Source of the DNA: Raja brachyura
Taxonomy: Eukaryota
DNA: 64,000 bases
Direction: 5' to 3'
Assembly: GCA_963514005.1 (NCBI GenBank)
Contig: OY740783.1
Coordinates: 128,898,001 to 128,962,000, forward strand
Made by a program: the position numbers and the translations under genes. The first letter of the stretch is position 1. Each line of letters begins with the position of its first letter. Under the pieces are notes generated by a model. That model did not search any database, was not told the origin of the DNA, and worked only from the letters and a program-made list of their open reading frames with translations. Shown here in pieces: positions 62,901-64,000 of the stretch.

Positions 62901-63916
62901 GTACAGGTCACCCCTACCCCAGAAGAGATGCCAGTGGTCTATAAATCTAACTCCTTGCTCCCTGCACCAGCCCCTCAGCCACACATTCAGATCCCCTATC
63001 TCCCTGTTCCTGTCCTCACTAGCACAAGGTACTGGAAGCAATCCAGAGATAACCACCCCAGAAGTCCTGCTTTTCGGTCTGCTTCCTAACTCTCTTAACT
63101 CACGTTGCAGAACCCCCTTCCTCTTATTCTCGATGTCGTTCGTGCCGACATGCACAACTATTGTTCACCTTCCCATCGAGGATGTTCTGAATTCGGTTCA
63201 TGACATCTTGAACCCTGGCGCCAGGGAGGCAACAGACGATCCTCGAGTCTCGCCTGCCGCCGCACAATCTCCTGTCCGCAACGCGGACCATGGAGTCGCC
63301 CACCACTATGGCACTGCCCGACGTCGGTCTCGCCGGTCGAGTCCCATCTCTGGGATTGGAGCCACCTACATGTCCACTGCTCAGACTGGAAGTGTATTCT
63401 CCCCCGACAGTTCCCAAGAGGGTGTACTGTTTTCAATAGGCACAGCCACCTGGATCTTCTGCACTCCACGGTTACCACCCATTCTCGCAGTCACACACCT
63501 TGGTTCTTCCCGTATCCTCTACGTAACCACCTCACTGCAGGCCCTGTCCAGGAAACTCTCGTTTTCCCGCATGGCCCTGAGGTCAACCAGCTGCTTCTCC
63601 AGTGCCCCAACACGGTCCTTCAGGAGCTGAACCTGGACGCACTTGCCACAGTTGTAGCAGCCAGAGGCAACATCCGTGTCCCTGGGCTCCCACGTTCTAC
63701 AAGCATCACACTCTCATCTTCCCCGTAATGTGTTCACCGCGTCCTGTCAGCACCAGCTTTTTGCGTAGTCTCCTCTCCTCAGCCTCCTCGCCGAAGACTC
63801 TCGAGCCAAAGACTCACACTTTACTCACAAGGCCGCTCGCTCACTGCCGCTCTCCCAGAGCAGCCTTGCTTATATTCACTAATACATTGCCAAATTTACA
63901 AATCAAATTCCTTAGT
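59902..63916 (-). mobile_element. Near full-length decayed CR1 LINE (5'UTR, ORF1 Zn-finger + SGNH esterase, ORF2 EN + RT) in the intron after V-A of copy 3
   Basis: CYNCGKC; IVVGDSMVR, CLPGARVQDV, HVGTNDI; RGGGVALLV, YRPP, MGDFN; KSPGPDG; RPHLEYCVQVWSP. The terminal microsatellite tail is missing. Confidence 0.92.
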
Positions 63917-64000
63917 ACCTTGTTGGAATTGTTCTCCAATTATCAATGGAAACGGAGGTGTCCAGTGCTAAAGAATATGTCGGTGCCCGGTGCCCAATCC

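Larger units (their letters stand above)
36508..63916 (+). repeat. Tandem segmental duplication unit 2 (~27 kb)
   Basis: Colinear with unit 1. A third unit resumes at 63917 (accttgttggaatt... = 12736 = 36788). Confidence 0.88.

Noticed and set aside
62860-63630. 256-aa plus-strand ORF and similar long ORFs (55362-55940, 5858-6523, 32303-32848)
   Set aside because: Antisense or shadow frames of CR1, Gypsy or Penelope coding sequence.

Overview
Eukaryotic, repeat-rich vertebrate DNA, most likely a cartilaginous fish such as a skate or ray. This is inferred from CR1 LINEs with (GTTTCTAT)n/(CTATTGT)n tails, HE1/V-SINE-type SINEs, and Rex1/Babar and Penelope elements. There is one 200-N scaffold gap (8449-8648). 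Among the transposons is a tandem cluster of four copies of an intron-containing Ig-superfamily receptor gene. I reconstructed it exon by exon from splice sites and reading phases: leader (61 nt) - V-set domain A (Siglec-15-like, with the YxCRxE arginine and an extra Cys pair) - V-set domain B (very long, hypervariable F-G loop) - transmembrane exon - 16-nt terminal coding exon giving a very short tail. Copy 0 is on the minus strand (504-8448), is disabled, and has no Lys in its TM. Copies 1 (13163-15843, 5' part missing) and 2 (24510-41055) are on the plus strand, are disabled, and have a Siglec-15-like LGLK lysine in the TM. Copy 3 (58737 onward) has an intact leader and intact V-A exon and continues past the window end. 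The plus copies lie in 24-27 kb tandem segmental duplications that differ by TE insertions. These include a complete Gypsy LTR element (with TSD, PBS and PPT), a Penelope element with inverted pseudo-LTRs and hammerhead motifs, L1, CR1, Rex, a Tx1-like element in a (CT)n tract, a MITE and a Helitron-like element. Family assignments come from motifs recognised from memory; no database search was run.
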